Of a stretch of DNA of 64,000 nt, positions 13,163-26,491 are shown one piece after another. Origin of the DNA: Eledone cirrhosa (taxonomy: Eukaryota); NCBI GenBank assembly GCA_964016885.1, contig OZ024752.1, forward strand, positions 17,050,001 to 17,114,000. Direction: 5' to 3'. A model generated the notes under the pieces. It saw only the letters and a program-made list of their open reading frames with translations, did not search any database and was not told the DNA's origin. Position numbers and translations under genes: made by a program. Position 1 is the stretch's first letter. The number at the start of each line of letters is the position of its first letter.

Positions 13163-14062
13163 CTATTCTCAGCTAAGTCTCCAGGCAATGCGCGGACACT
13201 GGGAGCTCATATAAAAATAATAATAATTCGGTAGATGGAACAGCTAGCGGGGACTGGATTCCATGTACTGAAAAGCTCGCTGTCTCTGGTCAAATGGCAG
13301 ATTCTAAAGAATCAATCACGTGACACTGAGGCTAGTCGGTAGGAGTGGGATGGTAAGATGACAGAAGCCTACTATCACACCAATAAATTAGTAGTGGTTT
13401 TGGCAGGTTTGCTAAAAAAATAAGTAATTTGGAGATAAATATAGAGAATTTAGTATATCTACTAACATATGCGTACAGATGTACGCTAATGCCAGCAAAT
13501 ACACAGGTTAACGCAATGACGCAGATGACGCAATGAATTCTCGACAGTTATATTACGTAACTGTCTTTATCCCATTGCAGAAACTAATTAGTTGGAGTGA
13601 AAATTATAGTAAGTAAGTTAATTTAAAAAAATTTTTTTTAAATTTTCTTATTTTACGTCTTTTATATTATTGTTCTGCATCCTCCTGCATTGAACCACCT
13701 AGGTACTATGACTTAACCTGTGTATTTGCTGGCATTAGCGTACATCTGTACGCATATGTTAGTAGATATACTAAATTCTCTATATTTATCTCCAAATTAC
13801 TTATTTGTTGAGCAAACCTGCCAAAACCACTACTAATTTATTGGTGTGATAGTAGGCCTCTGTCATCTTACCATCCCACTCCCTACCGACTAGCCTCAGT
13901 GTCACGTGATTGATTCTTTAGAATCTGCCATTTGACCAGAGACAGCGAGCTTTTCAGTACATGGAATCCAGTCGCCGCTAGCTGTTCCATCTACCTAATT
14001 ATTATTATTTTTATATGAGTCCCCAGTGTCCGCGCATTGCCTGGAGACTTAGCTGAGAATAG

Positions 14063-14144
14063 ACTCCCTGATGACGCAATGAATTCGCGACAGTTATATT
14101 ACGTAACTGTCTTTATCCCATTGCAGAAACTAATTAGTTGGAGT
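14063..14144 (+). ncRNA. Type I hammerhead ribozyme (family A)
   Basis: ACTCC-CTGATGA-CGCAATG..CATTGCA-GAAA-CTAATTAG-TT-GGAGT; palindromic helix III, GUU triplet. Confidence 0.85.
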
Positions 14145-14331
14145 GAAAATTTTAGTAAGTAAGTTAATTAAAAAAAATTTTTTTTAATTTTCTTATTTTA
14201 CGTCTTTTATATTATTGTTCTGCATCCTCCTGCATTGAACCACCTAGGTACTATGACATAACCTGTGTATTTGCTGGCATTAGCGTACATATGTGCGCAT
14301 ATGTTAGTAGATATACTAAATTCTCTCTCTT

Positions 14332-14434
<103 letters not shown>

Positions 14435-14484
14435 CTACATATATATTACTACATATATATATTACTACATATATATATATATGT

Positions 14485-17400
14485 CCTGGGTATGACATTA
14501 AACTACATCTAGTGGCAAGGCTCCAGTTCGGGAGTTCAGGAGATGTGGGGAATGTGGAGTTACCCCTTAGTTGTCATGACTCCCAGGTCTGCCCTGGCCC
14601 GGGGTGGTAGTACCTGTTAGGGCTCCATTTATGGGTTAAATAACTACCTTATTCGAGTGGCGCCGGTAAGGTATTGTCAGCCATTGAAAAGAAATATGGA
14701 GAGTCGATCTAACAGCACTAGGGTTAGAGCCCCTAATTACACTGTCAAGGAGCAGCCTGGTCGTTATGACTCTGCTGGCTTAGAGCCACAGAGAGGGCCA
14801 GTGGATGATGGATCAGCTGTCCCTGAGACAAATATAAAGAATGCAGTTTTGTCCTGCAGAAGAGCCATCAAAATGGGCACTTTGAATGTGAGGACTATTC
14901 GAACGCTGGAGAAGAGAGAGGAGTTGGGACATCTGTTCGAGGAGAGTGGTATACAGATACTTGCGATCCAAGAACACAGGATTCTACACGATGAGCCCGT
15001 GAGGAGTGTGATGATCGGGAGGAAGAACCAGCTCATCACTACATCGGCAGTGAAGAACACAACAAATGCTGCAGTAGGAGGAGTGGGTTTTGTGTTCAGT
15101 GCAAAAACCAATCTGTTGGTGAGGGAAATAATGCCTATCTCCCCGCGAGTGTTGAGGGTGACCTTCAATGGAAACCCAAGACTGACAGTCATCTCAGCCT
15201 ATAGTCCAACCGAGGGGGACAGTGATGTGAATGCCGAGGAGTTCCATGAGGAGGTGTGTAGAGCTGTCAACACCACTGAGGCACACAATATCCTGCTTGT
15301 TTTGGGGGACTTCAATGCACATCTGAGTAAGGAGGGCAGTGAAGATCCTTGCTGGTACGTCCATAACAACACCAACCGAAATGGAAGACTACTGAGAGAC
15401 ACCCTGCTGGAGGCGAACTTGATGGCGACCAACCTAGGGTTTAGGAAGAATCTGGGGGAAGATGTGGACCTACATCTCAGATATGCACCTGTCCAAGTCC
15501 CAGATTGATTTCATTCTGGTGAGGAAAAAGTGGCGGAATAGTGTTCTGAACACGGAACCATATAGCTATTTCAGTACACTGGGTAGTGACCACCGGCTTG
15601 TTATGAGTGAGGTCCGCGTGAGCTTAAGAAAGAGCAAGGCTCAGCCCCGGAGAACAATCTATGACTGGGGAGCTTTCAAGGAAGATGATAAGCTACAGGA
15701 GAGGTTCACAGTGGAAGTGAGAAACAGGTTTAGTGCTCTGTGTGGAGAGTCAGAGGAGAGAGAGATTGGATGGACTGAGGAGAGTGTGACGAGGAGGTAC
15801 GGGCACTTCACCAATGCAGTGGCGAAAGCAAGTGAAACCCTGGTGCCGAGGAAAAAGAACAAAGGGAAGCACGTCAGCTCTGCAAACCCAAAAGTGTGTG
15901 CAGCCAGAGAACACCTGAAAGCTGCCAGGGACCAATTCTATGCTGATCCTACGGAGGAGAGGATGAAGACTGTGGAGGTGATGAGGGAGGAGCTCTGTGC
16001 CGCTTGCACTGAGGTCAGAGAGGAGGCACTGATAGAGAAGATCAGAAGTGTGGAGAGAGCGGTTGACAGATCTGGATGTAAGGAGAGCTGGATGATCATC
16101 AACGAGATCACAGGGAGGAAGAAAAGGTGTTCGAGTCAGATCCAGGGAACGGGGCCCGAGGATAGGAAGAGGAAATGGCTAGACCATTTTAGGACCCTAC
16201 TAGGAGAGCCACCCTCCACAGCTCAGAGCACTGGGGATATCAGGCGGCTGTTTGAGGAACTGGATGTTGAGACAGAGCCCTTCACCAGAGAGGAGCTTCA
16301 GAGAGCCAGGAGGAAGATCAAGGAGGGCAAGGCTCATGGAGAAGATGGAGTGGCATCAGAGGTGATGAAGAGGTGTGATTTTGATGATATCATCCTGGGG
16401 TTCTGTAACGGGGCACTGGAGAAAGGAGTTGCCCCGAATCAGTGGAGGATCAGTGGCATCGTCCCAGTGCCAAAGAAGGGAGATCTCTCTGGCACCAACA
16501 ACTACCGGGGGATCTCACTGACGTCACTTGTGGCAAAGACCCTCAACAGGATGATTCTTAACAGGATCCAGCCTGAGATGGAGAAGAAGCTCAGGGACAA
16601 CCAGAACGGCTTCAGAGAGGGTAGATCAACCACCAGTCACATCCTGATGCTGAGGAGGATATTAGAGGGAGCTAGAGCAAAGTGCCTTCCTGCGGTCATG
16701 GTTTTCATTGACTTTAGGAAGGCCTTTGATTCTGTGGACCGTTACTGCCTGATGAAGATCTTACAGGCTTATGGAATCCCCAAGAGGATAGTGGACCTGA
16801 TATCATTGCTCTACACCAACACCAAAGCCCAAGTCATTACACCTGATGGGATGACAGAGTTCTTTGAGATACTGGCTGGAGTGCTCCAGGGAGATACATT
16901 GGCTCCCTACCTTTTTATCATCGTAGTGGACTATTGTATGCGCCTTGCACTGGAGAAACACCAGGACTCTGGCTTTATTGTAGCACCGGCTCAGAGCAGG
17001 AGAGTTGGGGCGAAAAAGGTATCGGATGCTGAATTTGCCTACGACATAATTTTGGTGACAAATACAGTGAAGGAGGCAGAGGATTTGATGCGGGAGGTTG
17101 AGGCTGTGTCGATGAGTGTGGGGCTGAGAATGAATGAGACTAAAACAAAATATCTGGTAGAGAATGTTGAGAAGCCAGAGGGGATCACTAATGTAGGCGG
17201 GAAGCCGCTGGAATTGGTTGAGGACTTCCTGTATTTGGGAGCAAAGATTGGGAATGCGGAGGATGATGTGGTTGAGAGGAAGAGCAAGGCCTGGGCGGCG
17301 TGTCACAGCTTGAGATCGGTGTGGAAGTCGGACCTTCGTAGAGACCTGAAAATCCGCCTCTTCATTGCTGTAGTGGAGTCTGTGCTGCTGTATGGGTCTG

Positions 17401-17790
17401 AGACTTGGACACTGACCAAAAGACTCACTCAGATGGTGGATGGGTGCTACACGAGAATGCTGAGGATGGCTCTGAACATTAATCAGTATACACTGAGGAT
17501 GAAAAACTCAGAGCTGTATGGGAGCATCCCAAAAGTCAGCTCAAAAGTGACACAGAGAAGACTGAGGTTGGCTGGACATGCTCACCGACATCCAGAGTTG
17601 ACATTGCACTCAGTGCTCCTTTGGGAGCCCCTACATGGACACACTAGAAGAGGAAGACCAAGGTTAACATATGTTGATGCCCTAAGGACAGACACTGGTT
17701 TGTTGGAGATGCAGGATATGGCAGCGATAATGAGGGACAGAGACCGCTGGAGAGAACTCGTCCATGGATCTCGGGAATTTTACCCGCCTT

Positions 17791-17792
<2 letters not shown>
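14485..17792 (+). mobile_element. RTE/RTEX-like LINE, essentially full length (5' UTR, APE, RT), inserted in (TA)n
   Basis: ORF 14657-15508 (GTLNVRT, IQEH, AYSPT, LGDFNA) joins ORF 15462-17792 (SDH, NYRGISL, FRKAFDS, LQGD, FAYD, YLG, GRP) through one frameshift near 15460. The catalytic FADD reads FAYD here but FADD in the 43.5-kb copy. (TA)n on both sides. Confidence 0.92.
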
Positions 17793-17835
<43 letters not shown>

Positions 17836-18094
17836 CGATGAATTAGTTTTGCGAGGTTTTTATATGAAATCGTGTGTCGAAACAAATATTGTTATACTTG
17901 GGGAGGGTCATATTTGTGTAATATTGCCAGAATTAATAACAGAACACACTCACTGTTTGGTTGGTTTTCGCTTTTCGCTTCTCTGTCTTTTATATCGGTA
18001 ATCTAATTTATTCGGTCCTCAATGTTGCCATTGACTGACCAACGGTCAAAAATAATACAGATACAATATAGACACAAACACATATATATAGTTT

Positions 18095-18135
18095 ATCAAA
18101 GTTCTTTCGTTGCACATCTGCAACATCGTCAGTGG
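18095..18135 (-). ncRNA. Minimal hammerhead ribozyme in Penelope pLTR
   Basis: Reverse complement of the motif at 20489-20529. Confidence 0.65.
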
Positions 18136-20488
18136 TGCTATTGTTTCCTCCCGTTACATTGTATGTCTACGCCATCTTTATTTAGTCTGTTTATATATTT
18201 ATTTATTTATTTGTTTGTTTGTTTATTTTATTTTGTCTTCTTTGCGCATGCGTTTGCGTGTGTGTATAGTGTTTTGTTTGATGTGTGTTCGTGATTGGGT
18301 GACTGTGTATCGGTTAATGTATTCTATCTTTACTAGTGTGTGTTTATATGTGTTTGTTATTATTGTGCTTGTGTATGTATTTATTTATTTATTTATCTAT
18401 TTATTTATTTATTTATGCTTCTCTTAGGTCAGTGTTGTTTGTTTGGGTGTTGTTGTTATTCCATTCATTCTTTCTGTTTAGTTTTGGCCTTCTAAGTTCT
18501 ATTTCACTGGCCTCTCTGATTTGCCTATCTGCTGGGTCATTTCTATGTTTAGATATTATTCTAATTTCTATGTTGTCTATGTTACCGTCGTGTTGTTGTC
18601 TGGCATGTTCGTATAGTACTGACCCGTTTTTTCGTCCTTTTAGTTCCCCCCAGTGTTGGTCTATCCTTTCACCTATGCTACGAGCTGTCTCGCCTATGTA
18701 TGTTGTTATCATGTTTCTGCAAGTACCCTCTGTACATCTTATGCTATAGACTACGTTTCTAGTTTTACAGTTTATCCGGGGGTTTACCTTACATATGATA
18801 CATTTCCTATTAGTACAGTGGGTTTTCTTAAAAGGGTAGGTTTTGCTGATCAGGGATTTTATGGTAGTTTCTGGCTTTTCTACCACCTTAATCTTTAAGT
18901 GGGTCTTTCTCAGGGCCTTTCTACACTGGTTAGCTAATTTCCCTCCAGGGGTAGCGTCAACAAACATGACACTCTGGTATCTCTGGTTGTCGTACCATGA
19001 GGTGGCTTTCCCTATCTTATGTCTAGCCCTATCTAAGCAATTCCATGATTTGCTCCTGTATAATGGGCAAATTCCTTTCATGTCCAGTTCTATGAGGGTC
19101 TTATACTTCTCCATGGCTCCTTCGTATACTCTGACTCTGTCTCTTTGGTTGTAGCCAGAGAACTGCATGCGGTTGATGAAGTGTTGGATGTGTCTTTCCA
19201 TTTCTGTTGGGTCGCACATGCGGGACACATTCTTCATCACTCGTACCAAATCTGCGATCAGAATATTAAACTTAGCACTACTGGACATTGCTGAGTTTTT
19301 GAGTATCAGGTATTTGGAGGCCATGGGTTTAGCATAGTGTGAGTGGAGAATTTGGGCTCTCTCGTCTATAGTGTTAATCCAGAGTTCCGTGTCTAATACA
19401 GGTAGTCTATTGTTAGGGTGTTTGGAAGGGTAGTCGATAGTTACAGTTATACTCTGGTGTATGGAATTAGCTATCTGCTGGATGCTTTCCATTGTGCTAC
19501 GTTCTAAATCAAACTTGTTAGTGCTCTCTAGTGAGGATGTTCTTATAACTATATTGATATCGTCTACGTAACGAGAGTACATGATGAGGTCTATGGAGCT
19601 CTCATTAAGGAGATCTTTAAGTCTCCTTTCCCACCATACCATAAAAAGGTTGGCAACATCACCAGCTATGCTGGTGATGTTACCAACGTTGCTAACCAGT
19701 GTAGAAAGGCCCTGAGAAAGACCCACTTAAAGATTAAGGTGGTAGAAAAGCCAGAAACTACCATAAAATCCCTGATCAGCAAAACCTACCCTTTTAAGAA
19801 AACCCACTGTACTAATAGGAAATGTATCATATGTAAGGTAAACCCCCGGATAAACTCTAAAACTAGAAACGTAGTCTATAGCATAAGATGTACAGAGGGT
19901 ACTCGCAGAACATGACTACAACATACATAGGCGAGACAGCTCGTAGCATAGGTGAAAGGATAGACCAACACTGGGGGGAACTAAAAGGACAAAAAAACGG
20001 GTCAGTACTATGCGAACATGCCAGACAACAACACGACGGTAACATAGACAACATAGAAATTAGAATAATATCTAAACATAGAAATGACCCAGCAGATAGG
20101 CAAATCAGAGAGGCCAGTGAAATAGAACTTAGAAGGTCAAGACTAAACAGAAAGAATGAATGGAATAACTACAACACCCAAACAAACAACACTGACCTAA
20201 GAGAAGCATAAATAAATAAATAAATAGATAAATAAATAAATAAATACATACCCAAGCACAATAACAACAAACACATATAAACACACACTAGTAAAGATAG
20301 AATACATTAACCGATACACAGTCACCCAATCACGAACACACATCAAACAAAACACTATACACACACGCAAACGCATGCGCAAAGAAGACAAAATAAAATA
20401 AACAAACAAACAAATAAATAAATAAATATATAAACAGACTAAATAAAGATGGCGTAGACATACAATGTAACGGGAGGAAACAATAGCA

Positions 20489-20529
20489 CCACTGACGATG
20501 TTGCAGATGTGCAACGAAAGAACTTTGAT
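20489..20529 (+). ncRNA. Minimal hammerhead ribozyme in Penelope pLTR
   Basis: CA-CTGACGA-T-GTTGCA(gatg)TGCAAC-GAAA-GAAC-TT-TG. Helix I is weak; the same layout occurs at 38168-38210. Confidence 0.65.
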
Positions 20530-20730
20530 AAACTATATATATGTGTTTGTGTCTATATTGTATCTGTATTATTTTTGACCGTTGGTCAGTCAATGGCAAC
20601 ATTGAGGACCGAATCAATTAGATTACCGATATAAAAGACAGAGACGCGAAAAGCGAAAACCAACCAAACAGTGAGTGTGTTCTGTTATTAATTCTGGCAA
20701 TATTACACAAATATGACCCTCCCCAAGTAT

Positions 20731-20785
<55 letters not shown>

Positions 20786-21241
20786 CCTTGTCTACATTCT
20801 AACTAAAATATACCATAATTTCCTTTGGTGGCGTGGGGTTTCACAGCCTTCCGGTATATAGCAGTGGCGTGGTTCGATTGCTACAGGTAATTCCCTGCAC
20901 TATTTCCCCCCCTCAAAATATTTATATCCCCGTTTCTTTCCAACTATATTATTGTAAATATGTGTTGTAATGACTATTGCAAGAGGCAAAACATTCTGGC
21001 TGATTCGACACCCACGTGCTTTTTCTAAAAGACATTCCCCCCGCTCCTTTCTCTTCTCATACTATATGTTTCTACTTCTTTTATTCCTCATTCTATTTGT
21101 TGATGGAAATATTTTTCTCTATTCCTCTGTGAATATATCACACAGTAGCCAGTTCGTTATACGATCAAGCAGGGATGTTCTAACACAGTCCTCTCTCCGT
21201 TCAGGTATGGATTTACCTACCCAAGAAAGAGAGAAGCCTGA

Positions 21242-21690
21242 TCATACTTCTGTTAATTGTTCTTCTACCAAACGTATTTTAGATAAAGCAGCTATGTCTA
21301 TGTTCAACCTTCTAAGTTCTTTTGTAACAAGTGTAGTTGTACGCTCCGGACGTCCGGACGAGTTTCTATCCAGTTCTGTCCTAACGTTCCAACAACAAAT
21401 GTTGAGTTTGACTCGATCTTTCGAGTATTTTTTACATTTTGTTCTATTCTTATTTCTGCTCGAGTGAGGCAAAGTAAGTTCTGGGCGCCTGTGTGTAGAC
21501 TTGTGACTATAAGCTTGCAACTGGTCAGGCGAAGAAAGATGTAAGAGACATCTGTATATCAGTATATTATAGTGGTAAACACTTGTACAACACAAGTAGC
21601 ATTTGCTGAGTGTCCACAACTAGAGTCCAGTGACATGCCGAAACAAGATGACCGGGAGTTGCTTCTACGGCAGGTTTTAAGGAGTTTCCT
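21242..21690 (-). mobile_element. RTE LINE 5' fragment (APE N-terminus)
   Basis: ICCWNVRTELDRNSSGRPERTTTLVTKELRRLNIDIAALS is homologous to ORF 6613-7140. Confidence 0.8.
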
Positions 21691-21700
21691 TCTTACTTAA

Positions 21701-21783
<83 letters not shown>

Positions 21784-21899
21784 TACTCATTCATACGTAC
21801 ACACATACACACACACGCTACTCACACACACACACTCATATTTAAATATTACAGTCATTATTAATACTATAATTGTGGCCGCTGTTGTCACTGTTATTC

Positions 21900-22160
21900 T
21901 CTCTCTTTCATTCACTGCCTCCGTCTCTCTCACTTTCCCCATATCTCACTATTATAAGCAAATAGGGACTCACGCTCTGGCCACCCCGCGACCCCGGCGG
22001 ACACAATAGAGAAGTCCTTTCCTCCGAATATGGTGAAGAAGACGCGTTGGAAGAGCCATTTCAGCTCGCGAAGTTTACACCTGTGGGCAGCGAACTCCAT
22101 GCCGATAGTGGTGAGTAGGGTGGTGGTCATAGGGCCAAGGACACCAGAAGTCTCCACTCC
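21900..22160 (-). mobile_element. CRE-like non-LTR element, RLE C-terminal fragment
   Basis: VETSGVLGP..LFQRV; homologous to 28980-29450. Confidence 0.7.
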
Positions 22161-22202
22161 TAAATTGTATCTTGAGCACATTACGAAATGGAAGATTTAG
22201 AG

Positions 22203-23290
22203 CAGCTGTTCTCAAGTTGTTCTATTGCCCGTATCCCTTTTCTAAAATTTCAGTTTCTTTAAATCTATGATAACTAGATGGGAAAAATAAACACATTCCC
22301 TATTCTGTCCACCGGAGCTGCGGATCAGCCTGCGCATGGGCCCCCATTTGCTTATAGTGAAAGATGAGGAGAGCGAGAAAGACGGAGGCAGTGAGTGAAA
22401 GAGAGAGGACATCAATACTTATTTATTTGTATTCATCAAATGACTACTACTAGAGAGAAAGTAAAAAATGTTCAAGACATGGAAATTTGTTGTTAAAAGC
22501 AACACGAATACTATTCTAAAGATCAATTAGATCAAGTGATGCCTGTGCGTGAAGCTTTTTAAAGTGAAGAAAAGCCTTGTAGTGGACCAATCCCACTCTC
22601 TGAACAACGGTGACAGGTATCCAAGATGAACATGTCAACATCATACATACAATTATTAAATGTATGATAACTAGATCCGAAAAAGAAACACAAGAGAAAA
22701 TAAAATAGTTTATTTAAAAATACAAAATGTATAAAAGTATTTTTATTTGTCGTTATTTTTCTTGTCTTATTTTTGCTAAACAATGTTTAAGACATGGGAA
22801 TTTGTTGTTAAAGGCAACACGAATATTATTGTAAAGGTTTAAGTGGTTTCTAAACTTCGTTGTCTTATATAGAAAAGTTGAAAATCACAACTCGCATAAA
22901 CCCGTTGTAGCAAATGGAAGCGGAATCATTGCTGATCAAAACTGCTCAAATTAATTTTTATCCCAACTCAACTTTCATGACCTGTTTGACTCCTAGATCA
23001 ATTAGATCTTCTTTAAATTCATTATCGTTCGATATTTTTTGTAAATCGAAGAGAAACGGACCAATAAGCCACTGTTCTGCTAGTTGTAGAGATACTCCTG
23101 AAAAATACTCATGAAATGATTTGCACAGTATTTGAAGCTGTACAATAAATGTTCAGTGTTTAACTAGAATTGGTGAATTAAAAAGAATATTCCATCATCT
23201 TCATTTATTCAAGTGAAACCAAATTCATGATAGTCTTCATTGCATTTTCTCACTTTGGATATTGATATATTTAATTGTGACCTGGAATGC
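22203..23290 (-). pseudogene. hAT (Buster/Charlie-type) DNA transposon fossil, transposase C-terminus
   Basis: Minus-strand translation across stops and frameshifts at ~22840-23150 gives SFHEYFS..EQWLIGPFLFDL..EFKEDLIDL and LPFATTGLCEL*FST..TKFRNHLN (hAT dimerisation motif). TIR-like CAGCTGTTCTCAA at 22203. Confidence 0.65.
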
Positions 23291-23562
23291 TAAAAAATAT
23301 TAATTATTAAAGCGTAAAAAGATTTAATATTCAAAGTTTTTAACAATATAATTTTTATTAATTTAAATTCCATTTGCTTAAAGTTCATTTGGGTTCACAA
23401 TTAAAACTTTAATCCCCAAGCTGAAATATACGCGGATAAAATTACATTTACTTTAGAGTTCAGTATATTATCTCTAATATTTCGGTGAAAAGATACAAAC
23501 CACAATTGAAAAGTATTCAACACCTATCAATTGGTTGCTTAGGGTTGACCTATTTTACAATA

Positions 23563-23725
23563 ATTGTTTCTACTTTTGGCACAAGGCCAGCAATTATCCA
23601 GTGTATTACTGGTACTTTATTTTATCGACTCCGTAAGGATGAAAGGCAAAGTTAACCTCGGCGGGATTTGAACTCAGAATGGCAAGGGCCGTAACTCTAT
23701 GCGTCAAAACATGGCGTCCGACCCT
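23563..23725 (-). mobile_element. tRNA-derived SINE copy
   Basis: Near-identical to 7212-7395. Confidence 0.8.
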
Positions 23726-25130
23726 ACAATAATATTAACCTTCCAGACAGGCTTCTTTCTAAACATTGCTCTGAATATTAATAGATTTAATTAAAACTAC
23801 ACCCTATAATAAGGAAAACATTACGCATCAGGAAAGTTCGACTGGATTCACTCTTTCTCTGTGTATTCGTATCAGCTTCCAAAATTTATAGCTAAAAGGC
23901 TTATTCGTAAACATACCATATATCGCTAGATATACAAAATACACATACTTATATGTATACAACTATATTGCAGCGAACACCTTAATTAATAATATAACTT
24001 TAATCGGATAAACATGAGCTTGTTTATTAGACTATATCTAATAAACATGTAGCTAAATTTTAATGTATTTGATTCTACTTTAAACACACTTTATCATAAC
24101 ATAGATCACATATATATATATATGATGACATATATTTCTATATATATTCGGATACCTAACGGGACCGAAGACCCCATATAGAGGGAATCAGTTCTCAACC
24201 AAGATATATTCACCAACGAGATATGCCAATACGAACCCTTTTGAAATAATATAAGGATATGGCAGTTCTCCTAAAAATAAAAATCCTCACAATATGAGAA
24301 AGTGTCAAATATTTTCGGAATTAAGAATTTCCGAAAATATCGAATTGAAAATAGCGAGTTTGGCTTATAACATCTACCTCCCTTCTTCTGATTAGTGAAT
24401 GCTAAAGCTGGCGCATTAGTGCACCAGCTCCTGCAATTCTTGCACTTAATTAAGCCTTAAAAAGTAAATTATAATGAGGTTAGGCCTAATATTTAAATAT
24501 TTTGAATTACATTCTAACTTCATTTAACACTCTACATACTAATTACAGACACTTTCTGGATTTATATTTTAACTTTCGGCTAACATGTTAAAATCCGAAA
24601 ATATTTGACACTTTCTCATATTATGAATATTTTTATTTTTAAAAGAACTGCCTTATCCTTATATTATTTCAAAGGAGTTCGTTCTGGCATATCTCGTGAG
24701 AGAATATTTCTTAAAATGTTTAGAAGATTCAGACGTCGACTTAGTTGATAAGTTTTAAGAAGATCTAGTTAGAAAATTCACTTAACCGAGTCACAGAGAA
24801 GCCTGATAAAAACTAGATACGTCAGGTCAAAAACAGAAGAACTAAGTCCAAATATTTTGCCAGACTAAATCCTAGCCAGAAAACCCTCTAATTATAAGAT
24901 TTTCAATCGGAAAATTAGGGAATTGGGGTATTTAAGATGTATGTGTCTAACTTACATGCTGGTGTATGTCTGCATCTTATTGAAAGCCCATGATAGGGAG
25001 GTATTACATCTTTAAAGTTATGGAGGAAGGGACCCAAAAGGGTGTCATACTCCATAGTATATACATAGGTATCTGTTGGACCACTATCGTTTTCGACGGT
25101 GAGTGATCAAGTTATTCGATCAATGGAGCA

Positions 25131-25131
<1 letters not shown>

Positions 25132-25161
<30 letters not shown>

Positions 25162-25700
25162 CTTCTTCTTCTTCTTCTTCTTCTTCTTCTTCTTCTTCTT
25201 CTTCTTCTTCTTCTTCTTCTTCTTCTTCTTCTTCTTCTTCTTCTTCTTCTTCTTCTTCTTCTTCTTCTTCTTCTTCTTCTTCTTCTTCTTGAGAGGGTCG
25301 TCGAGGCAGAGTAATCAAACACTCCTTCCAGTGGTCCTGTCAGAAGCAACCATTTCCCGTTGCTCCGGCTGGATCCCCAAGCGAGACTAACCAAGCTCAT
25401 GGTTGTTATCCAACCATCTTACTCGGGGTCTACCTCTGTGTCTTCTGCCGATTGGTTTTTGCCCTAAAATCTGTCCAGCGATTATTTGCTGATACATTCT
25501 AACCACATGCCCACAGTATCGGATCGGTTATATCTCAATTCAGAGAAGTAGTGGCTCTACCTGGAGTGACTCTCTATCGAGTAAATGTTACTCCAAATAC
25601 CTTTCGGGGGAACCTCGTTTCGGCTGCTTGTAACCGCAATCGTATTCTTTCGGTTATTACCAAGATTCATGACCATAGGTAAGGGTTAGCACGAATATCA
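25132..25700 (-). mobile_element. RTE-like LINE 3' fragment with long (GAA)n tail
   Basis: The minus strand reads KPIGRRHRGRPRVRWLD..MVASDR; a pure (CTT)n tract at 25132-25290 lies at its 3' end. Confidence 0.65.
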
Positions 25701-25994
25701 AATTGAAGATAGTTGAGCTTTTACACCTACCTCTCTTCTGATTACCGAATGCTGAAGAGTAAATTATAATGAGGTTAGGCTTAATATTTAAATATTTAAA
25801 ATTATATTCTAATTTCATTTAACACTCTACATACTAATTACAGACAACCTCTGGATTTATATTTTAACTGTTCGTTTTAGTGTTGATTCCTATTCCTTTG
25901 AAGACCATAAATATATATGGAGGAGAATGACTGATATAATCAATTATCGATCGTCAAGATCCTAGACCTCAATCGCTTACTGAGTGGGATGGAG

Positions 25995-26060
25995 CTCGTC
26001 AAATCGAACTCGCAACCTCACGTTTGCGAATCCAATTCTCTAACCACTAAGCCACGCGCG
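25995..26060 (-). mobile_element. tRNA-derived SINE head
   Basis: Minus strand: GCGTGGCTTAGTGGTTAGAG (A-box) ... GAGTTCGATT (B-box). No complete acceptor stem. Confidence 0.55.
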
Positions 26061-26453
26061 TTCACTAATCAACTATACACAGTTATATTGGAGGATTTAT
26101 TCTGTAAGGGTTTCTGATTTAGGCACAAGGCCAGAAATTTTGGAGTGGGAAAGTCGATTAAATTGACCCCAGTGCATTACTGATGCTTTATTTTATCGAC
26201 CCCGTAAGGATGAAAGGAAGCCGTAGCTATGCAACGGCTTCCTAAAATCGTATTTCTTTAGAAATACGAAACTTCTATACATATTGTATAAAGCTATGCT
26301 TGAAGCGAAATCTTATTTCTTTTCTATTATATGTTGAGCCAACTTATGCAGCTTCATATGCAAATGAGATTAATCACCTCATTTACACAGACGAGAAAAC
26401 TATATATTCTCGGTTGTTTTCAAGTCCAGCAGTCGCAAAGCGGTGGAGGGATC

Positions 26454-26491
26454 GTCCTGACGATGGCCAGTCAAGCCTGAAATGCATAGAC
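26454..26491 (+). ncRNA. Minimal type I hammerhead ribozyme inside a ~310-bp direct-repeat unit
   Basis: GTC-CTGACGA-TGGC(cagtcaa)GCCT-GAAA-TGCA-TA-GAC. The unit is bounded by direct repeats 26234-26280 and 26544-26590. Confidence 0.8.

Larger units (their letters stand above)
13017..14323. repeat. Hammerhead-bearing 546-bp unit: one inverted copy (13017-13510) plus ~1.5 tandem copies (13524-14323)
   Basis: Direct period 546 (GATGACGCAATG at 13524 and 14070). 13017-13510 is the reverse complement of the unit. No ORF. Confidence 0.88.
17835..20735 (-). mobile_element. Penelope-like element, 5'-truncated, with ~1.05-kb inverted pseudo-LTR
   Basis: ORF 18413-19726: ANLFM, RYVDD, Cys-rich linker, GIY-YIG (VYSIRC..YIGETARSIGERIDQH). 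19690-20733 is the reverse complement of 17887-18935. Flanked by (TA)n. Confidence 0.92.

Noticed and set aside
25099-25400. Poly-L/F/R/E ORFs
   Set aside because: Translations of a (CTT)n microsatellite.
25995-26060. Functional tRNA gene
   Set aside because: A and B boxes are present but the acceptor stem is incomplete; a SINE head is more likely.
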